A stretch of 64,000 bases of DNA from the NCBI GenBank assembly GCA_964413715.1, contig CAYPSN010000005.1, forward strand, positions 1,572 to 65,571. The letters are read 5' to 3'. The position numbers were made by a program, and so were the translations under genes. Below are positions 46,820 through 58,035 of the stretch, piece after piece. The notes under the pieces were generated by a model. The model saw only the letters and a list, made by a program, of their open reading frames with translations, was not told where the DNA came from and searched no databases. The DNA comes from an uncultured Candidatus Saccharibacteria bacterium. Lineage in GTDB: Bacteria; Patescibacteriota; Saccharimonadia; CAILAD01; JADZBC01. Positions within the stretch are counted from its first letter, which is position 1. Every line of letters begins with the position of its first letter.

Positions 46820-47742
46820 TGTATGACATCGCCATAATTGGAGCTGGCCCGGCTGGCATGACAGCAGGCGTGTATGCGGCGCGAAAAAAGCTCAAGACCA
46901 TCCTGCTCAGTAAAGACATTGGTGGGCAGGCGGCATGGAGCAGTGATATCGAAAACTACCTTGGGTTTTCTATGCTGACGGGCGCGGAGCTAACGACCAA
47001 GTTTGAACATCACTTGGAGAAGTTTAAAGACGATGTTGAATTGCGCATTTTGCAGCATGGTGTAGAACAAATTGAAAAGCTTGACACACACTTCAAGATT
47101 CATGCAGATGGTAAAACGATTACCGCTAGAGCTGTAATCATTGCGGGCGGAAAAGTGCCACGTCATTTAGACATCCCTGGAGAGAAAGAGTTTTTGAATA
47201 AGGGCGTGTCGTATTGCGCCTGGTGTGATGGGCCGATCTTCGAAGGCAAAGACATTGTGGTGGCCGGTGGAGGTAATGCTGCGCTGGATGCAGTGCTCAA
47301 TGTTTCTAAAATGGTGCGCAATATCTACGTTGTTAATTTGGCGCCCGAACTTACGGCTGACCCCGTTATGGTTGATAAAGTAATGCAATTGCCGCATGTG
47401 CGAGTTATGAATAATACGGAACTATTGCGTATAGTGGGCGACAAGTTTTTGTCGGGCGTGGAGGTGAAGGATCGTGATAAAGGTACGCATAAGACACTTG
47501 ATGTGGAAGGAATTTTTATTGAAGTTGGCTCTGTACCGGCTACAGATTACTTGCGCAATTTTCTCAAACTCAACCACGAAGGCGAGATTGTTATTGATAA
47601 AAACAATATGACGAGCCAAGCTGGAGTCTTTGCGGCTGGGGACATTACCGATGTGATTGAGAAGCAAATCATTGTGGCAGCTGGGGAGGGAGCGAAGGCA
47701 GCCATCCAGGCAAGCCAGTACCTGACCAAGCAGAAACATTAG
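46819..47742 (+). CDS. trxB: Thioredoxin-disulfide reductase
   Basis: FAD motif IIGAGPAGMTAG, redox-active CAWCDG, NADPH motif VVAGGGNAALD. TAATG overlap with the upstream gene. Confidence 0.92.
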   Translation: MYDIAIIGAGPAGMTAGVYAARKKLKTILLSKDIGGQAAWSSDIENYLGFSMLTGAELTTKFEHHLEKFKDDVELRILQHGVEQIEKLDTHFKIHADGKTITARAVIIAGGKVPRHLDIPGEKEFLNKGVSYCAWCDGPIFEGKDIVVAGGGNAALDAVLNVSKMVRNIYVVNLAPELTADPVMVDKVMQLPHVRVMNNTELLRIVGDKFLSGVEVKDRDKGTHKTLDVEGIFIEVGSVPATDYLRNFLKLNHEGEIVIDKNNMTSQAGVFAAGDITDVIEKQIIVAAGEGAKAAIQASQYLTKQKH

Positions 47743-47793
47743 CTTGGCCGCATTAATTTGTGCTATACTATACTTGTTAAAGTAAAGGGTATT

Positions 47794-48045
47794 ATGAATA
47801 GAGAAGACAACCCAGTAATCGTTTATACAACTCCTACCTGCCACTTTTGCGGCGCGGTCAAAGAGTATCTGAATGATAAAAAAATTGCATATAAGGAAAT
47901 CAATGTGCAGGCTGACGCCGCTGCAGCCGATGAGATGATTAAGAAGTCGGGCCAAATGGGCGTACCAGTAATTGATATTGACGATCAAATTGTAATCGGC
48001 TTCAATAAGCCAAAGCTCGATGAGCTTTTGACGGCAGCTCAGTAG
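47794..48045 (+). CDS. Glutaredoxin/NrdH-like redoxin
   Basis: CHFC active site and GVPVIDID; about 83 aa. The ORF track starts at 47758. Confidence 0.75.
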   Translation: MNREDNPVIVYTTPTCHFCGAVKEYLNDKKIAYKEINVQADAAAADEMIKKSGQMGVPVIDIDDQIVIGFNKPKLDELLTAAQ

Positions 48046-48284
48046 ACAAACGGCCATAGTCAAAGACAATAAAAACTAGTCTGTTTTTTGCTAAAACCCC
48101 ATAATGTCAGCCGCAGCAAAGCCTGCTAAGATAGAGTTCATAGGGTGAGGATAGAGGTTTAGTCGCGCATATAGTGGTGACACACCAGTCAAGTAAAAAT
48201 AAATACTACACAATCATCAGCCGGCCGCGAGGTCGGTTTTGTGTTTCGTTCGTATCTGCGGCAACTTGGACTATAATAAGGTGT

Positions 48285-50270
48285 ATGAGTTTATTTCATC
48301 TCAATTCTAAATATCAGCCAAGTGGTGATCAGCCGACAGCCATTACTAAACTTACGCAAGGGTTGTCTGAAGGGTCGCGCGAGCAAACGTTGCTGGGTGT
48401 AACGGGCTCTGGTAAAACCTTTACAATGGCCAATGTCGTTGCTCAGGCAGACAGGCCGACACTTATATTGAGCCATAACAAAACTTTGGCTGCTCAGCTG
48501 TATGGCGAGTTCAAAGAGTTCTTCCCGCAGAACGCCGTGCACTATTTTGTCAGCTACTTTGATTACTATCAGCCAGAGGCATACATTCCTCGCAGCGATA
48601 CATATATCGAAAAGGATAGTCAGATAAATGAGGAAATTGATCGTTTGCGCCATGCGGCTACGAGTTCGCTCCTGACGCGGCGCGATGTCGTTATTGTGGC
48701 TTCAGTGAGCTGTATTTATGGCATTGGTAATGTCGACGACTATGCCGATATGGCGGTCAGGCTGCAAGTTGGTGAATTGCGAAAGCGCGATAAAATGCTA
48801 CGGCAGTTAAATGACATTCAGTACACACGCAATGACACGAGCTTCGAGCGCGGTGTGTTTCGGGTGCGCGGTGAGAATGTCGACATTTTTCCAGCTGGCG
48901 AAGAAAACGCCTATCGCCTAGAATTTTTTGGTGATACACTCGAGCGCATTGTGCAGATCAACCCGTTGACCGGGGAAATTGTGCAGTCGCTAGAAAGCCT
49001 GAACGTTTTTCCGGCCAAGCACTACGTAACACCTCGGCAGCAACTTGAGGTTGCCATGCAAAAAATCCGTGCCGAAACCGCAGAGCGGGTGGCATATTTT
49101 AAGGCCAACAACCAGCTGCTGGAGGCACAGAGGTTGGAGAGTCGCGTGAAGTATGATTTGGAAATATTGGAGCAGACTGGTTTTGTAAAAGGCATAGAAA
49201 ACTATTCGCGCTACTTAACCAACCGTGAACCGGGCGACCAGCCAGCAACGCTCATGGATTACTTCCCCGACGACTTCTTGATGTTTGTCGATGAGTCGCA
49301 CATTACACTGCCACAGGTACGCGGTATGTTCAACGGCGATCGCGCACGCAAAGAAATATTAGTGGAGCATGGTTTTCGCTTGCCATCGGCACTAGATAAT
49401 CGGCCGCTGACATTCACCGAGTTTGATCGACACATGAATCAGGCAATTTACGTTTCGGCTACGCCAAACGATTATGAGCTAAGTCGTTCATCGCAAGTTG
49501 TCGAACAAATTATTCGACCAACTGGCTTACTTGATCCAGTCATTGAGGTCAGACCCGTCGAACACCAAGTTGACGACTTAATTGCCGAGATTCGCGCTCG
49601 GATCGAAAAGCAACAGCGCACGCTGGTAACCACACTCACGAAACGGATGGCCGAGGACTTAACCGAGTATTTGCAGGACATTGGTATTAAGGTGCAATAC
49701 TTGCATAGCGATGTGGGGACATTTGAGCGGACAGATATTCTGCGAGATCTGCGCCTTGGCGTGTACGACGTTGTAGTTGGGATTAATTTGTTGCGGGAAG
49801 GCTTGGACTTGCCCGAAGTGAGCTTAGTGGCAATTATTGACGCTGACAAAGAAGGCTTTTTACGCAGCGAAAGTTCGCTGATCCAAACGATTGGTCGAGC
49901 CGCCCGACATCAAGAAGGTATGGTTATTATGTATGCCAATAAGATGACTGGCTCGATGGAGCGAGCAATTAGTGTTACTCGTGAACGTCGAGCAACTCAA
50001 GAAGCCTACAACGCCCAGCATGGCATAACGCCAACGACTGTTCAAAAAGCCATTGCAGAGAAGCTGCGAGAAGAGCAGGAAGCAGAAATGGCCGATGTCA
50101 AAGCAATTGACTTTACGAAGGTTCCGAAAGACGAACTTAAGTATTTACAACGTCAGCTCAAGGAGCAAATGCAGCTAGCTGCAGCGAACTTACAGTTCGA
50201 AAAGGCCGCCGAACTACGCGATCAGCTGACTGAAATTGATGATATAGTCCAGGGAAAGAGGATTAAGTAA
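48285..50270 (+). CDS. uvrB: Excinuclease ABC subunit B
   Basis: N-terminus [17 protein letters not shown] is the canonical UvrB start; helicase motifs; C-terminal UVR domain ([13 protein letters not shown]). The ORF track extends the start to 48174. Confidence 0.95.
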   Translation: MSLFHLNSKYQPSGDQPTAITKLTQGLSEGSREQTLLGVTGSGKTFTMANVVAQADRPTLILSHNKTLAAQLYGEFKEFFPQNAVHYFVSYFDYYQPEAYIPRSDTYIEKDSQINEEIDRLRHAATSSLLTRRDVVIVASVSCIYGIGNVDDYADMAVRLQVGELRKRDKMLRQLNDIQYTRNDTSFERGVFRVRGENVDIFPAGEENAYRLEFFGDTLERIVQINPLTGEIVQSLESLNVFPAKHYVTPRQQLEVAMQKIRAETAERVAYFKANNQLLEAQRLESRVKYDLEILEQTGFVKGIENYSRYLTNREPGDQPATLMDYFPDDFLMFVDESHITLPQVRGMFNGDRARKEILVEHGFRLPSALDNRPLTFTEFDRHMNQAIYVSATPNDYELSRSSQVVEQIIRPTGLLDPVIEVRPVEHQVDDLIAEIRARIEKQQRTLVTTLTKRMAEDLTEYLQDIGIKVQYLHSDVGTFERTDILRDLRLGVYDVVVGINLLREGLDLPEVSLVAIIDADKEGFLRSESSLIQTIGRAARHQEGMVIMYANKMTGSMERAISVTRERRATQEAYNAQHGITPTTVQKAIAEKLREEQEAEMADVKAIDFTKVPKDELKYLQRQLKEQMQLAAANLQFEKAAELRDQLTEIDDIVQGKRIK

Positions 50271-51386
50271 ATGGTTGCAGAAAGTCCTGAAAGAAACGAG
50301 CAACGGGTCGAGCAGTCAAAGCAGGCAATGTCAAATGAAAAAGCACAGGAGCTCATAGATATTCAAAACGAAACTAATAGGCGAACCGAGGCTTGGAATA
50401 AATATGCGGGTTATGGCGAAGAGTATGTGCGTAGGAATGACGAACGCGTTGCTTCTGCACGGGCGAAGATAGATAGCTACGGCGATGGCGCCTTGACGCT
50501 GATAGCAAGTATTAATACTGAAAAAATAGATCCTACTACCGGTGAAGTGGCAAAAGATCCGAATGCACCTGGATTGATTGAGGGCAAGGCGATTGATATG
50601 CACGACTATAATCCTGAATCTCGTAATCATGCAGATATTGAGGCGGCTTATGCTCAATATCTCGCAACCACTACGCCAGAAGAGCGTCTTATTGTATTTG
50701 AGGGTGAGGCAAGAGAACCAAGTTTCGTGACAGATAGAGAAACTGCGATTCATACTGCCACCGAATCTGGCCTGATGCAATTTTTGGCGGCTCGAGATGG
50801 AGTGGAGGCTGTTAGCGGAGAGCCGACAGAAGCGGAAATTGCTTCATATGCTGAATCCCAGGGCGTAAGCAGAGAAGAGTTAGCACTCGTACTTATGATA
50901 AGGAATCTTACCTATGATCCCACCGCTCCTTTGCCACAAGATATTACAATGCAGATTTATGGTGAAGCAGCCATAAATGGTGTGAGGGGTTTTCAGAATA
51001 TTTCAGAAGCTGACAAACAAAGAATAGTTGAGCAAAACCCAGAAATACTGAATGCTCTTCGAGCACAGGCCACTGCCTTTGCTGAAAAAATAAATACAGA
51101 TTTGGCTAAACTGGGTTTACCACAACTACAGATACGAGAGGATGGCACAATTGGTTTTGGCTCTATGGAAGACCGCGCCACCCTTGCTAAAGCGTGGGAC
51201 CCGCGATCTGAAGGCCGATTGGCAGAAATCCACAAAATTATTACTGAAGCTCGCGATTATCATATATTCACTACAATTACTGATGCGATTCAGGCAGGTA
51301 AGAAGCCTTTTGTAGTTTATGGTGGCTCTCATGTAATGAGTTTGGAGCCAGCTTTTGAGTCGTATTTTGCTCAAGGCGAACGATAG
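50271..51386 (+). CDS. Hypothetical protein (371 aa) translationally coupled to uvrB (TAAATG)
   Basis: Continuous ORF with coding-like composition. C-terminal [16 protein letters not shown] faintly resembles a TraB/GumN/Tiki-type motif. Confidence 0.55.
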   Translation: MVAESPERNEQRVEQSKQAMSNEKAQELIDIQNETNRRTEAWNKYAGYGEEYVRRNDERVASARAKIDSYGDGALTLIASINTEKIDPTTGEVAKDPNAPGLIEGKAIDMHDYNPESRNHADIEAAYAQYLATTTPEERLIVFEGEAREPSFVTDRETAIHTATESGLMQFLAARDGVEAVSGEPTEAEIASYAESQGVSREELALVLMIRNLTYDPTAPLPQDITMQIYGEAAINGVRGFQNISEADKQRIVEQNPEILNALRAQATAFAEKINTDLAKLGLPQLQIREDGTIGFGSMEDRATLAKAWDPRSEGRLAEIHKIITEARDYHIFTTITDAIQAGKKPFVVYGGSHVMSLEPAFESYFAQGER

Positions 51387-51454
51387 GACACTTGAAAAAC
51401 ATCGTGTTTACCTGTATAGTTAAGCGTTGATTTAACAAGTGAGGATGGGCATAT

Positions 51455-54271
51455 ATGGCTGATAAGATCGTCATTAAGGGTGCTCGCGAGCATAACCTCA
51501 AAAACATAGACCTCGAAATCCCCCGCGATAAACTCGTGGTGATTACGGGACTCTCTGGCTCGGGAAAATCCTCACTTGCTTTTGATACTATCTACGCCGA
51601 AGGCCAACGTCGGTATGTTGAGAGCTTAAGTGCTTATGCACGGCAATTTCTTGGACTTATGGAAAAGCCGGATGTTGATCAGATAGAAGGCTTAAGCCCG
51701 GCAATCTCGATTGATCAAAAATCAAGCTCACGTAACCCCCGCTCGACCGTAGCGACCGTTACGGAGATTTATGATTACTTACGTCTGCTCTTTGCCCGCA
51801 TTGGCGTGCCGCACGATCCTGCAACAGGCGAGGTCTTAACGAAGCAAACACCGGCGCAAATTGTAGATTCGATTCGTCAATATCCGAAGGGCACAAAGAT
51901 CGTCATTTTGGCACCGATCGTGAAAGACAAAAAAGGTGAGCACCGACATCTTTTGAGCGAGATTCAAAAGGCTGGCTACAGCCGTGTTCGTTTAAACGGC
52001 ACACTTATGCCGATCGATGAAGTACCAGACTTAGACCGACAGAAGAAACACACCATTGAAGTCGCAGTAGACCGCATGGTGATCGACCCCGAAGAAGCGG
52101 GTCAGCGCCTGGTTGAATCAGTTGAGCAAGCATTGCACCTTGGTGATGGCGTCATTACGGTGTTAGATAGCGACTCTGGCGAAGAAAAAGTGTTTAGTGA
52201 ACACTACACTACGGCTGACTCTGGCTTTTCGCTACCAGAGATTGAGCCACGACTCTTTTCGTTCAACTCCCCGCATGGTGCCTGTCCGAAGTGTACTGGG
52301 CTTGGCTCGCTCTTAATCGTCGATCCAGAACTAGTTATTCCTAATCGCCGCCTGAGCGTTTCCGAAGGGGCAATTCGGCCATGGAGCAGAACAACTTCGC
52401 GTATGACATGGTATACCAAGCTACTTGAGGCCGTGGCCGAAAAGCACAACTTCAGCCTGGCTGTTCCGGTGGAGAAGTTGAGTAGCAAAGAGCTAGAAAT
52501 ACTCATGTATGGTACTGGCGATGAAGAAATCGGCGTGCGTGGTCCGGGCGGCAGAACCTATCGCACTACATTCGAAGGCATTATTCCGAATTTAGAACGA
52601 CGCTACCGTGAAAGTGATAGCGACTTTGTCAAAAAAGAAATCGAGCGCTACATGACGACGCAAGAATGCCAGGAGTGTCATGGCAAACGGCTGAAACCAG
52701 AAGTACTGGCAATTACGATTAATGATAAGTCGATTGCTGACCTAACCGACATGTCGGTCGAAGACGCGCTGACTACATTCGCCGGGCTTACATTAAATGA
52801 CCAGGAATCAAAGATTGCTGCTCAAATATTAAAAGAAATCCGTGAGCGTTTGAAGTTTCTAAACGACGTCGGCCTCAACTACCTAACGCTCAATCGTAGT
52901 GCCAATACGTTGGCAGGTGGCGAGGCGCAGCGTATTCGTTTGGCAACACAGATTGGCTCAAGTCTTATGGGTGTGTTGTACATTCTGGATGAACCGTCGA
53001 TTGGCTTACACCAGCGCGATAATGATCGACTCATTAGTACATTAGAGCGATTGCGTGATTTGGGTAATACTGTGATCGTGGTGGAGCACGATGAAGACAC
53101 TATTCGAGCGAGTGATTACGTGGTCGACATTGGTCCATTGGCGGGCGAGCATGGCGGAGAAGTGGTGGCAGTTGGTGCGCCAGATGATATTGCCAAAAAT
53201 AAAGCTTCACTTACTGGCCAGTACTTAAGTGGTGCAAAGCAAATCGAAGTGCCAAAAGTACGGCGCAAACCGAGCGACAAGAAGCTGACGATTGTTGGCG
53301 CCAGCGAAAACAACTTAAAAGACGTAACGGTAGATGTTCCACTCGGCGTTATGGCGGTAGTCTCAGGCGTATCAGGCTCGGGTAAGTCATCGCTTATTAA
53401 TGACATTTTGGCGCGTAAGCTGAGCCAAGAGTATCATCGTTCTCAGGAGCCAGCTGGCAAGCACAAAGAAATCCTCGGTACTGAGCATCTCGACAAAGTT
53501 ATCGACATCGATCAGTCTCCAATTGGCCGCACACCGCGTTCGAACCCCGCTACTTACACCGGAGCATTCACTGACATTCGCGAGCTGTTTGCTATGGTGC
53601 CCGAAGCTAAGATTCGCGGCTACAGCTCTGGCCGGTTCAGCTTTAACGTAAAAGGTGGCCGCTGTGAAACGTGTAAAGGTGACGGTATCATCAAGATTGA
53701 AATGCACTTTTTGCCAGACGTATATGTTACCTGCGAAACCTGCCACGGCAAGCGCTACAACCGTGAAGCTCTAGAGATTTTGTACAAAGGTAAAACAATT
53801 GCTGATGTGCTGGAAATGACCGTTGATGATGCCTGTGATTTCTTTGGCAATATCCCTACGGTGTTCCGTAAACTTGAGACTCTGCGTAGTGTGGGCCTTG
53901 GCTATATTCGTTTAGGCCAATCTGCTACTACGCTGTCGGGTGGTGAGGCCCAGCGCATTAAGTTGGCAAGTGAATTGTCTCGACGGGCCACTGGGCGAAC
54001 GCTCTACATTCTCGACGAACCAACCACTGGCTTGCACTTCGAAGACGTACGAAAATTACTCGAGGTCTTAAGTGCCTTGGTGACGATGGGGAATTCGATG
54101 CTGATTATTGAACATAACTTAGATGTGATTAAGTGTGCTGACTGGATTATTGATATGGGTCCAGAGGGCGGTAGTGGCGGCGGTACGGTTGTTGCTGAAG
54201 GCACGCCAGAGCAGGTAGCCAAGGTGGCTAAGTCTCACACCGGCCAGTACTTACAAAAGCTCCTTAAATAG
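51455..54271 (+). CDS. uvrA: Excinuclease ABC subunit A
   Basis: Two ABC ATPase modules, zinc fingers (CPKCTGLG; CETCKGDG ... [10 protein letters not shown]). 938 aa. Confidence 0.96.
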   Translation: MADKIVIKGAREHNLKNIDLEIPRDKLVVITGLSGSGKSSLAFDTIYAEGQRRYVESLSAYARQFLGLMEKPDVDQIEGLSPAISIDQKSSSRNPRSTVATVTEIYDYLRLLFARIGVPHDPATGEVLTKQTPAQIVDSIRQYPKGTKIVILAPIVKDKKGEHRHLLSEIQKAGYSRVRLNGTLMPIDEVPDLDRQKKHTIEVAVDRMVIDPEEAGQRLVESVEQALHLGDGVITVLDSDSGEEKVFSEHYTTADSGFSLPEIEPRLFSFNSPHGACPKCTGLGSLLIVDPELVIPNRRLSVSEGAIRPWSRTTSRMTWYTKLLEAVAEKHNFSLAVPVEKLSSKELEILMYGTGDEEIGVRGPGGRTYRTTFEGIIPNLERRYRESDSDFVKKEIERYMTTQECQECHGKRLKPEVLAITINDKSIADLTDMSVEDALTTFAGLTLNDQESKIAAQILKEIRERLKFLNDVGLNYLTLNRSANTLAGGEAQRIRLATQIGSSLMGVLYILDEPSIGLHQRDNDRLISTLERLRDLGNTVIVVEHDEDTIRASDYVVDIGPLAGEHGGEVVAVGAPDDIAKNKASLTGQYLSGAKQIEVPKVRRKPSDKKLTIVGASENNLKDVTVDVPLGVMAVVSGVSGSGKSSLINDILARKLSQEYHRSQEPAGKHKEILGTEHLDKVIDIDQSPIGRTPRSNPATYTGAFTDIRELFAMVPEAKIRGYSSGRFSFNVKGGRCETCKGDGIIKIEMHFLPDVYVTCETCHGKRYNREALEILYKGKTIADVLEMTVDDACDFFGNIPTVFRKLETLRSVGLGYIRLGQSATTLSGGEAQRIKLASELSRRATGRTLYILDEPTTGLHFEDVRKLLEVLSALVTMGNSMLIIEHNLDVIKCADWIIDMGPEGGSGGGTVVAEGTPEQVAKVAKSHTGQYLQKLLK

Positions 54272-54292
54272 GGTTGTCTAGCCAAAAGCAAA

Positions 54293-54331
54293 AAGACCAC
54301 TCAAGTCGAGTGGTCTTTGTGCTTCTTTGTT
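54293..54331. terminator. Bidirectional rho-independent terminator after uvrA
   Basis: 10-bp stem AAGACCACTC / GAGTGGTCTT, with A-run upstream and T-run downstream. Confidence 0.65.
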
Positions 54332-54424
54332 CTCCCGACCTAAATCTAGACGCTGTCTAAACTTGGGTCGGGGCCGGAGGTACGAAGCATCGTTGCTTCT
54401 TTGGTGTACCTCCGGCTGAGCCGA

Positions 54425-55204
54425 CTACTTCTTGCCCTTGCCGTGCTTCGGGGGCTCCTGCCCCTTCATGCCGACCGGGTGCGGCTCGGCCGCCCGGTTG
54501 GCGCGGACACGAGCCTTGTGCTCGCGCCGGGCGTTGGAGTCCTGGGTGTCGCCGCTGTTGTACAGCGAACCCATGGTGAGCTCCTCCAGCTCCTCGACGA
54601 GCTCCTCCAGCTTCTTGGCGGAGATCTTCATGCCCTCGCCGTCGAGGATCATGTTGACCTGCCGCTGCTTGTAGCGGTTGAGCTGGAAGTAGACCATGTT
54701 GTTGATGGTCACGCCCTCGTCCATGACCAGGTCGAGGACCCGGCTGATGAGCAGGGACTTCTCCTGGTTCTTGCTCTGGAACCGTGCGTCGGCGGCGGCC
54801 TTGTCGTCGATCGCGCGGAGGATGTCCGTGAGGACCTCCAGACGCGCTTCCGGGCCACGGGCGGCGTAGAGCTTCTGCATCAGGCTGATGCGCTCGTTGT
54901 GCTCCACCCAGGCATCCTTCATGGCCTGCTCGGCAGTGGCGTTGGCCCAGCGCCGGTTCAGGTAGCCCATGGTGGGCTGGACCTTCCTCGGCACGTACAG
55001 ATCCTTGCGGACCTGCTTGGCCTTCGCCTGGTGCGCCGGCTTGCTGCCGAACAGGAAGGTGGCCATCTCCTGCTCCTTGAGCAGGTCGAGGGCCTCCTTG
55101 ACGTTCAGGAAGCGGACGACCCCGGCGATGATCAGTCGGAGGGCCTCGATCGCCGACATGTCGTCGGTGATCTTGGTGGTCGGGTTGGTTTCGGTGACGG
55201 CCAT
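54425..55204 (-). CDS. Hypothetical protein (259 aa) of apparent high-GC, actinobacterial-like origin
   Basis: Only this frame has normal amino-acid composition. GC about 66% with near-saturating third-position GC. Basic C-terminal tail. No family recognised. Confidence 0.7.
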   Translation of the reverse strand: MAVTETNPTTKITDDMSAIEALRLIIAGVVRFLNVKEALDLLKEQEMATFLFGSKPAHQAKAKQVRKDLYVPRKVQPTMGYLNRRWANATAEQAMKDAWVEHNERISLMQKLYAARGPEARLEVLTDILRAIDDKAAADARFQSKNQEKSLLISRVLDLVMDEGVTINNMVYFQLNRYKQRQVNMILDGEGMKISAKKLEELVEELEELTMGSLYNSGDTQDSNARREHKARVRANRAAEPHPVGMKGQEPPKHGKGKK

Positions 55205-55496
55205 GGGCCCTCCAGTGGGTCTTTGGGTGAATTTCCGCTGGCAGACCCTTGGCCAGTACGGATAGCTGGAAAGCAGGCGGTTGCTTTACAGATATCCGTA
55301 GGCCAAGAGTCAATAGACACTAACAGTAAGTAGTCGGTTGTAAATGTACCCTCATAGCAATAAATACTATGAACGTGCTGAGTATGATAGCACAGATAGA
55401 ATAAAATGTCAATACTTTATGACAATTAAAGTTTCGAACGATAAAACTATGCAAAAATGGAAAGAGGCCGTAGCAACCGGTGTGGTTACTACGGCC

Positions 55497-55862
55497 TCAC
55501 TGCGCTTGGTCAGAGAGATCTGCTCGAGCCATCTCCAGCAAGCGCCTCCAGGCATTGGCTTGGCCAAGCTCTGCTTCGAACAGGCTCATGCGTAGCAGTT
55601 GCGCAAGTTCGATTTCGCTCATGTCCAGCGCCCAGTCGTCGAAGAGCGCATCGATTGCGGCCTCCAGCTCTTCGGTCAACGCACCGACAGCTTCAGAGTC
55701 ACGCTCCTTGGCTGCCTGCACTCGCTGCTCCTGGATGCTTGAAACAACAATCAAGCTTGCGATCAGGTCGTCCAGGCGGGAGGGGCTGTTCAGCCCATGG
55801 CGGATAATGCGCGACACACTTTCGATAGTTCGCGCTGGCATACTGTGGTCGTGCATATTCAC
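55497..55862 (-). CDS. Hypothetical protein (121 aa), second gene of the GC-elevated insert
   Basis: ORF with helical, acidic composition. GC about 58%. Stem-loop terminator immediately 3' at 55470-55500. Confidence 0.5.
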   Translation of the reverse strand: MNMHDHSMPARTIESVSRIIRHGLNSPSRLDDLIASLIVVSSIQEQRVQAAKERDSEAVGALTEELEAAIDALFDDWALDMSEIELAQLLRMSLFEAELGQANAWRRLLEMARADLSDQAQ

Positions 55863-55971
55863 CCCCTATGTAGTGTGATTATGAACTATCACGACATTAT
55901 CAGTGTAATCTACTTTGGTATGTTAGGCAATGGGCAAGGGAAATATGCAAGAAATTGGTATAATACATTAG

Positions 55972-57444
55972 ATGGAAAACCAACTAGCTACAAAGATTAA
56001 ACAGCTTCCAACTCAGCCCGGTGTGTATCTGTATAAAGATGCTAAGGGCAAAATTATTTATGTTGGAAAGGCATCCATTCTAAAGCGACGGGTAAGTTCG
56101 TATTTTCAAAAACATCATAAGGATGTAAAAACCCCAATTCTCGTAGAAAACATTGCCGATATTGACTGGATCGTAACGAGCTCAGAGATAGAAGCACTGT
56201 TTCTTGAATCAGAGCTTGTGAAACGACATAAGCCGCTATATAACATTGAGCTTCGTGATGATAAGAACTTTCTCTATATAAAAATCACGACTGACGAGGA
56301 TTTCCCCAAGGTGAGCTATGTGCGTCGGCCAATGGACGATAAGTCTACGTACTACGGGCCATTTATTTCTGGTGGGGCAGTACGTTCAGCAATGCGGTAT
56401 TTGCGCAGAATATTCCCATATATTACCGACGCCGCCTGGCCTAAAATAAGTGCTTTGCAGCATCAAATTGGAGTTTCTCCACCCCCTGACATAAGCTCTG
56501 CTGACTACAAAGCAAATTTGCGTAAACTCATGATGGTGTTGCGCGGAGATAGTACAAAATTGATTCGCGAAACCGAGCAGGCTATGAAGCGTGCTGCAAA
56601 AGCAAGCCAGTTTGAGGAGGCCGCGAAGTTACGTGATCAGTACCTAGCGCTTAAGTCGTTAAGTCAGAAAAGTGTATTTGGTAAAGAAGAGACTTTTGAT
56701 GTCACTTTAGACCAAGCCCTCAATGGACTAGGTGAACGACTTGGTTTGGCAGGACCTCCGAAACGAATCGAAGCTTATGACATTTCTAATTTCGCAGGCG
56801 GTGATGCTGTGAGCAGTATGGTTGTTTTTACGAACGGCCTTCCGAATCAACGCGAGTATCGACATTTTAAAATGCGCACCAAAGGTCCGAATGATTTTGC
56901 AATGATGGCCGAAACAATGCGCCGTCGTTTTAGCGGAAAGCACGATTGGACTTTGCCAGATGTGATATTGATTGACGGAGGGAAGGGTCAGTTATCAAGT
57001 GTTGATGAGGTACTAAAAGAGCTTGGCGTGAAAATCCCGCGTTTCGGGTTGGCTAAGCGCTACGAAGAAGTTATTAGGCTAAAAGATCAAGTTTCCACAT
57101 CGGCAGTTGTAAAGCCGCTCGAAGGTGATGAGCTGCTCGAAGAGGATAACTTTACGACGCTCAGGATTAGTCATGGCTCGCCAACATTGCAGCTATTGCA
57201 GCGCTTGCGAGACGAGGCCCACCGTTTTGCTGTTGCCTACCACACCCATCTTCGCGACAAACGTACAAAAACCTCTGCCCTTGATGGCATAGTCGGTGTC
57301 GGTCCGGTATTGCGCCGAAAACTTACAAAACACTTCGGTAGCGCTAGGGGGCTGCAGGCGGCGACACCAGATGAAGTTGCGCGTGTGATTGGCCCAGCCA
57401 AAGCCCGACTGGTCTGTGAGGCTTTAGGCATCAAAGCTACCTGA
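55972..57444 (+). CDS. uvrC: Excinuclease ABC subunit C, compact form (490 aa)
   Basis: GIY-YIG domain (GVYLYKDAKGKIIYVGKA), UVR domain, endonuclease region (YDISNF...LIDGGKGQ), C-terminal HhH pair. Extended -10 TGGTATAAT upstream. Confidence 0.92.
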   Translation: MENQLATKIKQLPTQPGVYLYKDAKGKIIYVGKASILKRRVSSYFQKHHKDVKTPILVENIADIDWIVTSSEIEALFLESELVKRHKPLYNIELRDDKNFLYIKITTDEDFPKVSYVRRPMDDKSTYYGPFISGGAVRSAMRYLRRIFPYITDAAWPKISALQHQIGVSPPPDISSADYKANLRKLMMVLRGDSTKLIRETEQAMKRAAKASQFEEAAKLRDQYLALKSLSQKSVFGKEETFDVTLDQALNGLGERLGLAGPPKRIEAYDISNFAGGDAVSSMVVFTNGLPNQREYRHFKMRTKGPNDFAMMAETMRRRFSGKHDWTLPDVILIDGGKGQLSSVDEVLKELGVKIPRFGLAKRYEEVIRLKDQVSTSAVVKPLEGDELLEEDNFTTLRISHGSPTLQLLQRLRDEAHRFAVAYHTHLRDKRTKTSALDGIVGVGPVLRRKLTKHFGSARGLQAATPDEVARVIGPAKARLVCEALGIKAT

Positions 57445-57463
57445 TATATGGTATAATAAGGCA

Positions 57464-57820
57464 ATGTTAAAACGCTTTTTACTTAGTTGGGGGGCAAACT
57501 TTGTCGGCCTAACTATAGCGGCTCTGTTGCTCTCAGGTATACAGTATCAAGATAAAATTCGTGTGCTCGTCATTGCGAGTTTAATATTCGGCTTGGTAAA
57601 CGCATTCTTGCGCCCCATTGTGGTACTATTTTCACTTCCGGCGATCATGCTTACGCTCGGCCTGTTCTCGTTGGTTATTAATACCCTGATGCTGTATGTG
57701 ACAAGCCTACTGTATAAGCCATTCAATATTACTTCGGTGTGGGCTGCGGTGGGTGCGGTTATTATCGTTTGGCTGGTGAATTATGGCGTGGATAGCTTAG
57801 TGAAGGAGAAGAAGCAATGA
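57464..57820 (+). CDS. 4-TM membrane protein, DUF360 / phage-holin-4-like family
   Basis: Four hydrophobic helices with composition resembling PF04020 proteins. Confidence 0.5.
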   Translation: MLKRFLLSWGANFVGLTIAALLLSGIQYQDKIRVLVIASLIFGLVNAFLRPIVVLFSLPAIMLTLGLFSLVINTLMLYVTSLLYKPFNITSVWAAVGAVIIVWLVNYGVDSLVKEKKQ

Positions 57821-58035
57821 AGCAGGTTTTACAATACATTACTTTGGTAAGTGCTGTGCTTTTGGTGGTGGTAGTTTTGCTGCAGAACCAAGGCGCTGGC
57901 TTGGGTGGCGCCTGGGGTGGAGAAGGCAATTTTTATCGCTCTAAGCGCGGCGCCGAAAAGGCCTTGTTCGTGGCGACTATTGTCATCGCTATAATATTTA
58001 CGGGGAGCCTAATCGGCGGTCTCCTGGTTAAGTAA
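57817..58035 (+). CDS. secG: Preprotein translocase subunit SecG
   Basis: 72 aa; two TM helices flanking the Gly-rich loop LLQNQGAGLGGAWGGEG. Confidence 0.75.
   Translation: MKQVLQYITLVSAVLLVVVVLLQNQGAGLGGAWGGEGNFYRSKRGAEKALFVATIVIAIIFTGSLIGGLLVK

Noticed and set aside
47422-48069. 215-aa minus-strand ORF antisense to trxB and the NrdH-like gene
   Set aside because: The opposite strand carries clear TrxB and glutaredoxin motifs.
54357-55333. Long ORFs of 318 aa (-) and 310 aa (+) overlapping the 259-aa gene in the high-GC island
   Set aside because: Their translations are dominated by Pro, Gly, Arg, Ala and His or by Leu, Gly, Val, Arg, typical of out-of-frame or antisense reading of high-GC DNA. 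Only the 54425-55204 minus frame has protein-like composition.
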